A stretch of DNA of 64,000 nt from an uncultured Vicinamibacteraceae bacterium (GTDB lineage Bacteria > Acidobacteriota > Vicinamibacteria > Vicinamibacterales > UBA8438). A program made the position numbers and the translations under genes. Shown here in pieces: positions 18,534 through 28,030 of the stretch (positions within the stretch are counted from its first letter, which is position 1; each line of letters begins with the position of its first letter). The stretch lies in assembly GCA_964342185.1 (NCBI GenBank), contig CAYFER010000005.1, positions 18,316 through 82,315 of the forward strand, written 5' to 3'. The notes under the pieces are model-generated. The model saw only the letters and a list, made by a program, of their open reading frames with translations, did no database searches and was not told the DNA's origin.

Positions 18534-19547
18534 ATGGCAATTACATGTAGCGGAATTCAGCGCGTGTTAACAGCAGTTACCATCATGCTGTTCAGTGCTG
18601 CCTTAGTCGAAACCCAACAATCTACTCAGGACGCGCCGACGACACCAAGAACCCCGTGGGGAGACCCAGATCTTCAGGGAGTTTGGACGGGTTCCACCGT
18701 TACTCAGCTTGAACGGCCGAGAGAATACACAGCAAAGGTCTTTCTCACAGAAGAAGAAGCCGCGGCACTTGAGCGAGAGGCAATGGCACAGCAATTTGCT
18801 CCTCGACCCGTCGACCCGAACACGGGAACACCACTGACAGAGGGTGGTGTTGGCGACTACAACCCCGAGTGGTTTGATTCAGGGACAGCTGTCCTGCCAT
18901 CGCGGCGAACCTCCCTGATCGTGTCTCCGATTAATGGGCGCATTCCATACAAGCCAGAAACGTTGGAAACCGAACGACCGTACGGAATCGGCCCCTACAA
19001 CTCTTACCTCGATCTCGATACCGGAGAACGTTGTCTTGGGGACGGCGTGGTAGAGATGATTTGGCTCGGTTACAACCCGAACCACCAGATTGTGCAAACA
19101 GCTGACCATGTAGTGATTCTCCATGAGATGTGGCGTCAACGGCGCATTATTCCTCTAGACGACAGTCCACATATTGCACCTGGAATCCGACAGTGGAATG
19201 GAGACCTGCGAGGCCGTTGGGACGGAGACACCCTTGTCGTCGAATCAACGAATTTCGTCGACAGATGGCAAGACTATCGCTTTAACCCAAACCATCTCTG
19301 GCGAGCCCCATCTGCAACACTGCAGCTAATGGAATCCTTCAAGCGGCTCGATGCCACAACGATGTTGTACCGGGTGACCATCACCGATCCTGAACGATTC
19401 AGAAGACCTTGGACGATAGAGACATACCTAACAACTGACCAAGCGTCCCGGGGCGTTACGACAGGTCCGATCTATGAATACGCTTGCCACGAAGGAAACT
19501 ACGGCGCACCTAATATGCTTCGCGGTGCACGAGTCACAGACAAGTAA
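18534..19547 (+). CDS. secreted protein, unnamed paralogous family (copy 1): PRTPWGDPDLQGVW ... WNGDLRGRWDGDTLVVESTNF ... YEYACHEGNY
   Basis: The start is moved to ATG 18534, preceded by AAGGAGGT with a 5-nt spacer, which yields the signal peptide MAITCSGIQRVLTAVTIMLFSAALVETQQ. Motifs are shared with 19642-20592, 20751-22001, 35644-36675 and 40040-40978. Confidence 0.7.
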   Translation: MAITCSGIQRVLTAVTIMLFSAALVETQQSTQDAPTTPRTPWGDPDLQGVWTGSTVTQLERPREYTAKVFLTEEEAAALEREAMAQQFAPRPVDPNTGTPLTEGGVGDYNPEWFDSGTAVLPSRRTSLIVSPINGRIPYKPETLETERPYGIGPYNSYLDLDTGERCLGDGVVEMIWLGYNPNHQIVQTADHVVILHEMWRQRRIIPLDDSPHIAPGIRQWNGDLRGRWDGDTLVVESTNFVDRWQDYRFNPNHLWRAPSATLQLMESFKRLDATTMLYRVTITDPERFRRPWTIETYLTTDQASRGVTTGPIYEYACHEGNYGAPNMLRGARVTDK

Positions 19548-19641
19548 GGTTGACTCGTTTCGGGCCTTGCCGACCGTAGAGGTTAATGGAAAGAGTCGCT
19601 AAACCTCCTACACTCAGCAACCATCACTCTTACAACCAATT

Positions 19642-20592
19642 TCACCGCACATACAGTTGGTCAGGGGGCGGCACCTTACGGGTAATGTCGACTATCAAAG
19701 TTTCACCTTCCCAGCGTCTGACCAGCTGCTCCTTACGTAAATGTCCAAATTGTAATTCTTCGACAAACTCTTGGCAGCGGTACTCCAACAACTGGATATC
19801 CGGCTCCAGGCGACGGTACAGCGGCATCGATATCTTCCACGGACGGGTGAATACCTCAGGGTCATTTATGGTGACCTCATAGTGGATGGCATCAGGTGTG
19901 AGCGGAGTAAACTTCTCGACTAAATGCAATTGGTTGCTGTGGAAGTTACCCGCCCGATCAAACCAGGACTGGTCGTTGAAATCCGTCACTTCGACGACGA
20001 GCGTATCACCTTCCCATCGGCCAACAGAGTGCCCCATCCATTTGTAATCGGGAGGGCCTTCCACTTCGTCAAGATGAATAACGCGGGCGGCGTTTGAAAA
20101 GGTAAACGTCATATAAATCTTGTTAGTACTCTGAGTAATCTGAAACGGGTAGGGCATATACATAGCCCTGGGAACCCCTGGAAGGAAGCAGTCGATCTCG
20201 GGATCTCGGTCGAGCCAGTTCTCAGCATTCTCCTGCTTCTGGGCAGCAGCTTCTGGAGTGTAGGGAATCTGTCCGTCGCCGTCGACCACGCCCAGAGAAC
20301 CCGGCACCCCTCCCGCCGCACCAAATGGAAGCGAAGGTGCCGCCGGCACTTGGACGTACGGCAAATCGTAGGCTCCTTGCTGTACCACTGCACCGGCGCG
20401 CGCGGCATGGGCTTGAAGATCCCAATGAGCTTCGTTGTTGGCCTGCCAGATACCACTAAAATTTGGATGACCCTCGGCGGTGCGTGCGGCGCGAACGGTT
20501 TGCCCTGAAGGACTTATAACCGATGCGGAAATAATGGCACCCACTGCCGCCGCGGTAAATACGAGTATAGAAACGGATGTCCGGTTTCTCAT
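19642..20592 (-). CDS. secreted protein, same paralogous family (copy 2, divergent)
   Basis: 316 aa. Signal peptide, then RTAEGHPNFSGIWQ, DCFLPG, GHSVGRWEGDTLVVEVTDF, FTRPWK and LLEYRCQEF (in place of CHEGN). A second WEGETLIVD motif sits at the extreme C-terminus. Confidence 0.65.
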   Translation of the reverse strand: MRNRTSVSILVFTAAAVGAIISASVISPSGQTVRAARTAEGHPNFSGIWQANNEAHWDLQAHAARAGAVVQQGAYDLPYVQVPAAPSLPFGAAGGVPGSLGVVDGDGQIPYTPEAAAQKQENAENWLDRDPEIDCFLPGVPRAMYMPYPFQITQSTNKIYMTFTFSNAARVIHLDEVEGPPDYKWMGHSVGRWEGDTLVVEVTDFNDQSWFDRAGNFHSNQLHLVEKFTPLTPDAIHYEVTINDPEVFTRPWKISMPLYRRLEPDIQLLEYRCQEFVEELQFGHLRKEQLVRRWEGETLIVDITRKVPPPDQLYVR

Positions 20593-20750
20593 TTGATCGG
20601 TTTCCTTTCACGACCATGATTTCTATTTTCGCTGCCCAAAAGAGAGTCTTGAGGGCAAACATAACGCAGTCAAGTCCACGCCTCTATGGTCGTGGGACAA
20701 GGGCAGACAACCCTGTGGCAGCTATCCTGATTCTTTCTGCTTCCGTTTGA

Positions 20751-22001
20751 CTACCGCAAGGCCAGTGGATCGAGGCCCTCGGTGTTGAGTCCACATGTAC
20801 CAATGCACAGAGACGCAGGATGGCGACCGCTGCCCTGCTCGTAGGCTTGCTCGACTGCACGCGCCCCGGCCAACGCCCCTACCATGCCGAAATTGCCCTC
20901 ATGACAACGGGGTTCCGTATAGATGCGATTTGCCTCATTGCTCTGAAGTTTGAACTCTTGGATGACAGTCCACGGTCGGGTCCAGACTGTCGGATCCTCA
21001 AAAGTGGAAACAACCTCAAGCGTATCCGGACCGGTACGAGTCCAACGCTCGACAATATGCAGGTTCTCACGGGACCCCTGGAAATCCGTCTTTGGGGTAA
21101 AGTTAGTTACGTTGACGACCAGTGTCTCACCCTCCCATTGGCTGCGTGAATCTCCCCACCACTGACGGAGATTTGAAGGTAAATGCGGTGCCGTGGTAAC
21201 AGGGATGTTTCGCGAAAAACCTTGCCCTTGAGCGGCATCGTAGTACACCGTCACAACGCTTGGTGATTGCACAATCCGACGGTACACCCCCACAAAACCA
21301 CCACGAATGGAAGGCAGATTACCAGTCATACAGCGTTCACTTAAACCGCGGTCTTCTGGTCCGTCTGCCCGGTTGATGGGGCCAACACCCGCAGATGGGT
21401 ACTCAGGAGGGTCCTCCAAAAGCCGTGGCGACGGTGGCCCGTACTGTCCACCTTGGCAGGCAAATTCGTTGTCCCGGCAAACTTGAGTATTCTGCAAGAG
21501 AGCTAACTGGTACTGCCGGTACGCAGCCTGTCTCTCCAGCGCCTCCGGTGTGTAGGAAGGCATCTTGCCATCCGGAGGGTCGATAATCATCGCGGTGCGC
21601 TTCCCCGTGGGCCTTTGTGAGGTGTAGACCGCATTGTAGGCGCCGGTGACATCAGCCTCAGTTCCAGGCGCAGCCCGCACATGGTTACCAAAGACCGATT
21701 TGTCGGCTCGCGCGGTATCAAGCTCGGCAACTTGCTCGTCAGTGTAGAACTCCGTGGTGACTCCCGCGGGGCGTTCCAATGGAACGAGCAATTCAACACT
21801 CCAAATACCCTGGAGGTCTGGCTCACCCCATGGCGTCCTAGGCACGGAAGCTGTGGATGACGCCGGAGCGACGTTCTGCGCGGTAGCCGGACGAAGGCCA
21901 GCTACCCTGGTTTCTGCTCGGCCATCGACATTCACCATGGCCCCCAACCCAAGTGCGACCACGGACCCAATGCTGAGTCCTCGGACTAGTGAATAGCCCA
22001 C
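20751..22001 (-). CDS. secreted protein, same paralogous family (copy 3)
   Basis: 416 aa. GTG start preceded by AGGAGG with a 6-nt spacer. Contains VPRTPWGEPDLQGIWS, SERCMTGN, WWGDSRSQWEGETLVVNVTNF, WTRPWT and TEPRCHEGNFGMVGALAGARA. Confidence 0.7.
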   Translation of the reverse strand: MGYSLVRGLSIGSVVALGLGAMVNVDGRAETRVAGLRPATAQNVAPASSTASVPRTPWGEPDLQGIWSVELLVPLERPAGVTTEFYTDEQVAELDTARADKSVFGNHVRAAPGTEADVTGAYNAVYTSQRPTGKRTAMIIDPPDGKMPSYTPEALERQAAYRQYQLALLQNTQVCRDNEFACQGGQYGPPSPRLLEDPPEYPSAGVGPINRADGPEDRGLSERCMTGNLPSIRGGFVGVYRRIVQSPSVVTVYYDAAQGQGFSRNIPVTTAPHLPSNLRQWWGDSRSQWEGETLVVNVTNFTPKTDFQGSRENLHIVERWTRTGPDTLEVVSTFEDPTVWTRPWTVIQEFKLQSNEANRIYTEPRCHEGNFGMVGALAGARAVEQAYEQGSGRHPASLCIGTCGLNTEGLDPLALR

Positions 22002-22094
22002 ATGACACCTCCTACTAACGGCCGATGTTATACGGTTGCCGAACTAGAACACTCTAACCTCATTCAGCCTAACCTGGTAACTGAATGCAAAGAT

Positions 22095-22170
22095 TGGCTC
22101 CTCAGGTTGGACTCGAACCAACAACCCTCCGGTTAACAGCCGGATGCTCTGCCAATTGAGCTACTGAGGA
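22095..22170 (-). tRNA. tRNA-Asn (GTT), CCA encoded
   Basis: Minus strand TCCTCAGTAGCTCAATTGGCAGAGCATCCGGCTGTTAACCGGAGGGTTGTTGGTTCGAGTCCAACCTGAGGAGCCA. Anticodon loop CTGTTAA. Confidence 0.9.
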
Positions 22171-22355
22171 ACAACAAACAGCTTACAAGGACTCCTCACT
22201 CAACAATATTCTCCAACGTCGTCGGTAAGGATAACGACGAATAGTAGCGAATGAGATTCTAACGGGTCAAACGTGCGAGCCAGTCCGCCACGGAATCATT
22301 TGCCTCCCTGTTTACGACAAACTAGGTTCGACTAAGAAATGCTGGCGATCTTCTG

Positions 22356-22979
22356 TTAGTTCTTTTCTTGTTGTTCTTGAACCAACAGCCGACGTCGCCC
22401 GTCCCAAACCTGAACGAAGACAGCTAGTCCAGTCAGCCCAACCCAGGCAACCATAAATCCAAGATCGCTTCTCATTTCGCTCGCAGGGGGAAGATACTCG
22501 AGGTTCCCCGCTAAAACTGAAACTGCCGCGCTATTTCCGACCAGTGCCAACGACCCCACTATTACGGTCCACGCACCGAAAAATGCAGTAAAAAAGATAA
22601 GAACATAACGCCGGCCGGCAAGTGACAACAGGGCGCCAACAAGACATGCGATGAGCACCAGCCAGATATTCGGCTCTCCGTCGCGAGTTGCCCACCCAAA
22701 ATTGAGGACTAACGCCCCCAATCCCGCACCAAAAACCGCTACACCTGCCAAGTAAGCCATCATGGCGAACGCGGCTCCGACAACCCCACTTGCCATGACG
22801 ACAAGAATGGTAAACAACGTCGGCAAGTCTCCCACCAAGAAGCTACCGATTGCCAATCCGCCTACTAAACCGTAAAAGGCAAGAAGTAATCGATGCAGGC
22901 GATAACCAAAAAAACACGCAAGAAGTCCTCCTCCAAGTAAAATGATTGCCGCCGGGATATGGAAGGACACCCACGTCAT
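22356..22979 (-). CDS. hypothetical membrane protein (about 6 TM, Gly/Ala-rich helices)
   Basis: 207 aa, almost entirely hydrophobic (IILLGGGLLACFFGY, GLVGGLAIGSFLVG, etc.). No catalytic motif. Confidence 0.5.
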   Translation of the reverse strand: MTWVSFHIPAAIILLGGGLLACFFGYRLHRLLLAFYGLVGGLAIGSFLVGDLPTLFTILVVMASGVVGAAFAMMAYLAGVAVFGAGLGALVLNFGWATRDGEPNIWLVLIACLVGALLSLAGRRYVLIFFTAFFGAWTVIVGSLALVGNSAAVSVLAGNLEYLPPASEMRSDLGFMVAWVGLTGLAVFVQVWDGRRRLLVQEQQEKN

Positions 22980-22990
22980 GACGTCTGATT

Positions 22991-24712
22991 ATGCAGGGTG
23001 ACCTCAACCGCCGTCCAACGCTTAGCAGCATTGTTACGGTACTGCTCGCACTCTCCCTCTTCACATACTTCCTCCGTCGGGCGGGTATCGACGATGTCGG
23101 AGAAGGAATTCGCCGTCTTGGCGGGGTGTTCATCATCGTCGTATTGCTCGGTGGGGTCCGGTTCGTGATAAGGGCGGCAGCATGGATTAAGTGTCTGGAC
23201 GGTCCTCACCGTTTAACGGTTACAGAAGTTTTCAAGGCCGTTGTTGTCGGTGATTCGCTAGGGAACTTAACCCCGCTCAGCATTCTGGTGAGCGAACCGG
23301 CAAAAGGGATGTTTCTGAGGCACCGTGAACCCCTCGACAGAACCTTGCCGGCACTAGCTATCGAAAACCTTTTCTACACCTTAAGCGCCATCTTGGTAAT
23401 TGGTGGCGGCATGATAGCCACGCTTCTGATATTTCAAACACCGACCCAGTTGGGACCGCCCACAGTGATATTGGTTCTCACACTTGCTGGTCTCGTTGTC
23501 GCAGTTCATTGGATCATCTGGAAAAATTTTCGCATTGGAAGCAGCGTGCTCAACTGGTTTAAACGTCGTGGCCTCACTACCGAGATATTGGAGCAGTTTT
23601 CTGCGCGCGTCCGCAACATTGAGGAAACCGTTTATGCACTCTATCCGAGGCACCGTAATCAACTGGTGTCTCTGGCATTTCTAGAGTTCTCGTTCCACTT
23701 GGTCGCAATCCTCGAAGTGTTTCTGATCTTGTCAGTGGTGAGTCCCGTACCAACAAACTTGTTTCACGCGTTTATCTTTGAAGCGACCAATCGATTCATC
23801 TCTTTTGCGTTTCGATTCGTACCGCTCCGCGTCGGTGTTGACGAGGCAGGAAGCGGAATGTTTGCCGAACTTCTTGCTGTAGGAACAGCGACTGGGGTGA
23901 CGTTGGCCTTGATTCGTAAGGGCCGAATTCTAGTTTGGATAGTTATCGGCGTTTTATTCTTGTTGCGACACGGTCTCTCTTTGAAACAAATATTGAAAAC
24001 AGGATCACACAAGGTGGCAGTGGTAATCATGGCCCGATCACCCGTATCGGGTGCCCCTCCAAAGACGCGTCTGAGTGAAATCATTCCCAGCGAAAACGAT
24101 CGGCGCCGGTTGTACTCGGCCTTTCTGCGTGACACCGTTCAAGCATGCCGGACGATAGACGGAGTATCAATCCGGCTGGCGTACACACCAGAAAGCGATA
24201 GGGACGACTTTGCTGCAATGCCAATCGGACTAGCCGACGATGAACTACTTGCGCAGAGAGGCTATGACTTGGGCAAACGAGAAGAAGGTGTGTTTGAAGA
24301 CCTGTTTGCGGCTGGTTTCACAAAAATCGTAATGGTCGGATCCGACCTGCCTACCCTTCCAATCGACTACATAGAACAAGCGGTCAGCGCAGTTACGCCA
24401 AAAACAATCGTTCTTGGTCCAGCCCTAGACGGTGGCTACTACCTGATTGCCCTCTCCAGTGACACCAATAGAAGCGTGCCAGATTTATTCACCGGCATAA
24501 GATGGAGTAGCGCTCATACACTAGCCGACACCATACTTGCTGCCGAACAATCGGGATTAGATGTCAAGCTACTTCCGCAGTGGTACGACGTCGATGACAA
24601 GAATGGTCTAGAGCGGCTGCGGTCTGACGTTAAGGCACTACCAATTCAAGCACAGGCACCAACAACCACGAAGATATTGAGGGAAATATTTAAAGAGACC
24701 ACTTCGCCGTAA
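22991..24712 (+). CDS. fusion protein: lysylphosphatidylglycerol-synthase-TM-like (flippase-like, UPF0104) membrane domain plus a DUF2064/TIGR04282-like nucleotidyl/glycosyltransferase domain
   Basis: 573 aa. The N-terminal ~330 aa is polytopic with the typical GDSLGNLTP... pattern. The C-terminal ~230 aa has VAVVIMARSPVSGAPPKTRL, ...IVMVGSDLPTLP and DGGYYLIAL, as in DUF2064 proteins. Confidence 0.65.
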   Translation: MQGDLNRRPTLSSIVTVLLALSLFTYFLRRAGIDDVGEGIRRLGGVFIIVVLLGGVRFVIRAAAWIKCLDGPHRLTVTEVFKAVVVGDSLGNLTPLSILVSEPAKGMFLRHREPLDRTLPALAIENLFYTLSAILVIGGGMIATLLIFQTPTQLGPPTVILVLTLAGLVVAVHWIIWKNFRIGSSVLNWFKRRGLTTEILEQFSARVRNIEETVYALYPRHRNQLVSLAFLEFSFHLVAILEVFLILSVVSPVPTNLFHAFIFEATNRFISFAFRFVPLRVGVDEAGSGMFAELLAVGTATGVTLALIRKGRILVWIVIGVLFLLRHGLSLKQILKTGSHKVAVVIMARSPVSGAPPKTRLSEIIPSENDRRRLYSAFLRDTVQACRTIDGVSIRLAYTPESDRDDFAAMPIGLADDELLAQRGYDLGKREEGVFEDLFAAGFTKIVMVGSDLPTLPIDYIEQAVSAVTPKTIVLGPALDGGYYLIALSSDTNRSVPDLFTGIRWSSAHTLADTILAAEQSGLDVKLLPQWYDVDDKNGLERLRSDVKALPIQAQAPTTTKILREIFKETTSP

Positions 24713-24728
24713 CTTTCAGCTGTATGTC

Positions 24729-25325
24729 TTAGATCTCTCGGCGGCCGGTCATTGCCTTATGCATAGTAACTTCGTCGACATACTCAAGATCGCTCCCCAC
24801 AGGTAAACCCATGGCAATCCGTGTTACCTGAACACCTAACGGCTTTAAGAGTTTTGCCAGATAGAGAGCGGTAGCCTCGCCTTCGACATTTGGATTCGTA
24901 GCAAGAACAACCTCCGTCACGTCACCTTCACTCACTCGTTGTAAAAGGCCCTTAATCTTCAGTTCATCAGGACCGATACCTTGCAAAGGTGACAATGCCC
25001 CCATTAGAACGTGGTAACTACCTTTAAACTCTTTAGTATTTTCAATTACGACAACGTTATTCGGATCTTCGACAACACAAATCACCGTTGGGTCGCGGCT
25101 AACGTCCGTACAATAGAAGCAGGGATCCGTATCGGTAATGTTGGAACAGACTGAGCAGTAGGTCACCTGTTCTTTGAGATCACGAATAGCATCAATCAGG
25201 GCATCGACTTCGACACGTGGTTGACGTAGCAAGTGAAATGCCAGGCGCTGGGCGCCTTTAGCACCGATGCCAGGTAACCGTTGAAGTTGTTCGCTCAGTC
25301 TCACGAGCGGGCCGACCTGCGTCAT
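24729..25325 (-). CDS. recR: recombination protein RecR
   Basis: 198 aa. [17 protein letters not shown], zinc finger [16 protein letters not shown] and a Toprim domain VCVVEDP. Confidence 0.95.
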   Translation of the reverse strand: MTQVGPLVRLSEQLQRLPGIGAKGAQRLAFHLLRQPRVEVDALIDAIRDLKEQVTYCSVCSNITDTDPCFYCTDVSRDPTVICVVEDPNNVVVIENTKEFKGSYHVLMGALSPLQGIGPDELKIKGLLQRVSEGDVTEVVLATNPNVEGEATALYLAKLLKPLGVQVTRIAMGLPVGSDLEYVDEVTMHKAMTGRREI

Positions 25326-25636
25326 CCGCTGAGCCCAGGAATATTCAACCCCCCCATCATTCCCCCCATCTTGCCGGCTATCGATTCGTCGACCTTCCGC
25401 TGAGCATCGTTAATTGCCGCTACGATTAAGTCCTGAAGCATCTCAACGTCGTCTTGAGACACAACTTCCGGATCGATCGTCAACCGACGAATCTGCTTCT
25501 GGCCAGTCATGACTACCGTAACCATGCCGCCACCGGCACTGGCATCGACCTCAGTTTCAGCTAATTCTCGTTGCAGCTTCTCTTGCATCTGCTGCGCCTG
25601 TTTCATCATCAGTTGGATATTCATAAGAATCTTCAA
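25322..25636 (-). CDS. ybaB: YbaB/EbfC family nucleoid-associated protein
   Basis: 104 aa. [13 protein letters not shown]....E..A.AGGGMV.V...G. Sits between dnaX and recR. Confidence 0.9.
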   Translation of the reverse strand: MKILMNIQLMMKQAQQMQEKLQRELAETEVDASAGGGMVTVVMTGQKQIRRLTIDPEVVSQDDVEMLQDLIVAAINDAQRKVDESIAGKMGGMMGGLNIPGLSG

Positions 25637-25680
25637 TTCTCAATGGTGTGGTTATAAACTATGTTTGGAAAGTACTTTCG

Positions 25681-27363
25681 CTACTTAAGCTTTTCCACAT
25701 CAGCAATCTCCGCTGGAAACACCTCCAGTACCGACTGCACCAGTGGGTCGTTCATGGCCTGTTGTCTAAGATCATCCGATGCGACCTCAGCAAACTCAGC
25801 ATCCACTTTCGATTCGCCTTGCTCTGTGCTCACCATAATCTTACGGCCAATCACCGTCGATGCAATCTGCTCAAGCCACGCTCGATTCTGCTTGACTTGA
25901 GAAGCAAGTGTCTGCTGACCAGACGTAAAACCAAAAATTAACTTGTCTCCCTCCAGATCGACTCTCTGTGCCTGCGCAACGACGGTGCCGTAGAAAAATT
26001 TCTTTGCACGCTTAAGTTCAACCAAGATTTCAGCCGTTCCCGCTTCCGGCCCATGTGGCTCCGATACAGAAGCCGAAGGTTTCGATTTTTTCAATTGTTT
26101 CACCGATTTCGATGAAACAGCTGTATCCTTCAAACTCGTCGTCGCCTTTTCTGTCAAACCCGCGGCCGAGCGAGACGATTTTGATGCCTTCACACTGCCA
26201 CCACGTCCAGTTTTAGCCGTTCTCGTGGAAACAGAATCCCCGGCAAGTAGGGTGGTCAGTGGAATTAGTTTCTTGAGATGCATCCACTTGAGGACTGCCA
26301 TTTCGAAGTGGTATCTTGGCTGGGCAGCGGTTCGGATCGCGAGTTCGGCGGCAGCAAATACGTCGAAAGCCCGCATCAGATCTTCGCGTGAGAATCGTTG
26401 TACTAAACTGATTAACCGAGACCGCTCTGCGTCTCCGGTAATCTCTTGATCATCTGCACGAGTAGCATCGATTGAAAGCACGAGCAGGTCCCTTATCGCT
26501 CGTGTGAGCTCACGACACACCAAACGAAGGTCGTATCCGGCCTCAACAAAACTTCCGGACAGTTTGAACACACTCGCAGGGTCTTCGTTTGCTACAACTT
26601 CCACAACATCCAGTACGGTTTCTCGCCCGATCAACCCGAGTACAGTCGACACTTCCTCTACTCCGACTCTATCGCCTGTAAACGCTACAACTTGGTCAAG
26701 CGCGCTCTGAGCATCCCGCATACTGCCATTACCCGCACGGGCGACTAGATCGATGGCTGCATCATCGATCGCAATCTCTTCTAATGTCGATATTTTGCGA
26801 AGTGCATCCGCTATCACAGGTGTGGTAATCATCCGAAGTTGGTACACTTGAGAGCGCGACAAAATTGTTTCTGGAATCTTCCGCAACTCAGTCGTAGCCA
26901 TCATGAAAATCACATGAGATGGCGGCTCTTCAATTGATTTTAAAAGAGCATTAAAGGACGAGGTTGATAGCTGATGGCACTCGTCAATGATAAAGACCTT
27001 AAAGCGGTCCCTAACCGGCGCCATAGACAACCCAGCGATAATTACTTCGCGAACCGTTTCAACTTTCGTATGAGTTGCGCCGTCAATTTCGAGAACATCA
27101 ATGTCGCGCCCTTCGGCGATCTCATTACAGGACTCACAGGCTCCACATGGATCAGGGGTCGGACCCTTTTCACAGTTAAGGGCCCGCGCCAAAATGCGCG
27201 CTGTTGTGGTCTTGCCTACGCCACGCGGACCGGCAAACACAAACGCCTGAGCCAATCGGTCTGTGGCGATAGCATTTCGCAGGGTCTGGGTAACCCCACG
27301 CTGACCTACTACGTCGCCGAAGTTCTTCGGGCGATACTTTCTCGCTAGAACCTGATAGGCCAT
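25681..27363 (-). CDS. dnaX: DNA polymerase III subunit gamma/tau
   Basis: 560 aa. YRP..F.DVVGQ, GPRGVGKTT.ARILA, zinc module C..C..C and IDECHQLS. Confidence 0.95.
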   Translation of the reverse strand: MAYQVLARKYRPKNFGDVVGQRGVTQTLRNAIATDRLAQAFVFAGPRGVGKTTTARILARALNCEKGPTPDPCGACESCNEIAEGRDIDVLEIDGATHTKVETVREVIIAGLSMAPVRDRFKVFIIDECHQLSTSSFNALLKSIEEPPSHVIFMMATTELRKIPETILSRSQVYQLRMITTPVIADALRKISTLEEIAIDDAAIDLVARAGNGSMRDAQSALDQVVAFTGDRVGVEEVSTVLGLIGRETVLDVVEVVANEDPASVFKLSGSFVEAGYDLRLVCRELTRAIRDLLVLSIDATRADDQEITGDAERSRLISLVQRFSREDLMRAFDVFAAAELAIRTAAQPRYHFEMAVLKWMHLKKLIPLTTLLAGDSVSTRTAKTGRGGSVKASKSSRSAAGLTEKATTSLKDTAVSSKSVKQLKKSKPSASVSEPHGPEAGTAEILVELKRAKKFFYGTVVAQAQRVDLEGDKLIFGFTSGQQTLASQVKQNRAWLEQIASTVIGRKIMVSTEQGESKVDAEFAEVASDDLRQQAMNDPLVQSVLEVFPAEIADVEKLK

Positions 27364-27474
27364 GGAAATTATTTAAGTGGAGTTCACAGCTAGTTTGAGA
27401 TCAAGAAACGCCAGTTGTATTGTTCGGATCATGGACGCTCTCGAATCATTAACAACGATCTCTCGGCAAGGCAG

Positions 27475-27599
27475 CGGGGCTCACCGCGACCCGGATAAAC
27501 CTGCGGCACATGTCAGTGACTACTTAGCGCTGCTGCCTTCCGGCCCTGACGCGGTTCGTAGGCTGAAATTGCACAGGATCCGAGCCGCGGGGCGACCCG
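27475..27599 (-). ncRNA. ffs: signal recognition particle RNA (small/4.5S-type SRP RNA)
   Basis: The minus strand contains ...CCGCGUCAGGGCCGGAAGGCAGCAGCGCUAAG..., which is the conserved domain IV motif with a GGAA tetraloop. The flanks pair over more than 19 bp (CCGCGGCUCGGAUCCUGUG with CGCAGG-UUU-AUCCGGGUCGCGG). Position upstream of dnaX-ybaB-recR is a common arrangement. The ends are approximate. Confidence 0.75.
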
Positions 27600-27890
27600 T
27601 CACCGCGCGCTGGAACGCTCAGTCTAACCGGCACTGATCAGCGTGGCAAGGCACTAAACACTGCACGTCCACTAACGGTTCACTCCCTGCAACCAGCACA
27701 TCCTCATTTGAGAGAATTGTCTTTATCCTGAGTCCTTAGAGATACAAACTAAAATCGCTATTGGCAGTCGCCTGGAAAGTTCATCGACAAACCATATTAT
27801 TCAGCCTTTGAATCTATTTGCGTACAAAAGCTTATTGTTGTGATTGTCGCACTGACGGTGCCGACTGTAATCTATTGACACGATTTAGCG

Positions 27891-27980
27891 GGAGAGATGT
27901 CCGAGTGGTTGAAGGAGCACGCTTGGAAAGCGTGTGTAGGGGAAACTCTACCGTGGGTTCGAATCCCACTCTCTCCGCCA
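27891..27980 (+). tRNA. tRNA-Ser (GGA), long variable arm, CCA encoded
   Basis: GGAGAGATGTCCGAGTGGTTGAAGGAGCACGCTTGGAAAGCGTGTGTAGGGGAAACTCTACCGTGGGTTCGAATCCCACTCTCTCCGCCA. Anticodon loop TTGGAAA. Confidence 0.9.
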
Positions 27981-28030
27981 TTTGTCTTGTCCGGTCTGGG
28001 CGCGACGGAGGCTATGCAACCTTAGTGTCT

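Noticed and set aside
26086-26091. A6 run (TTG AAA AAA TCG on the coding strand) in dnaX as a possible gamma-subunit frameshift or slippage site
   Set aside because: It is not the canonical A AAA AAG heptamer, and no downstream stem-loop or upstream SD-like enhancer was evident. The run is too short for Thermus-style transcriptional slippage, and it lies in a Lys/Ser-rich linker where such runs are expected.
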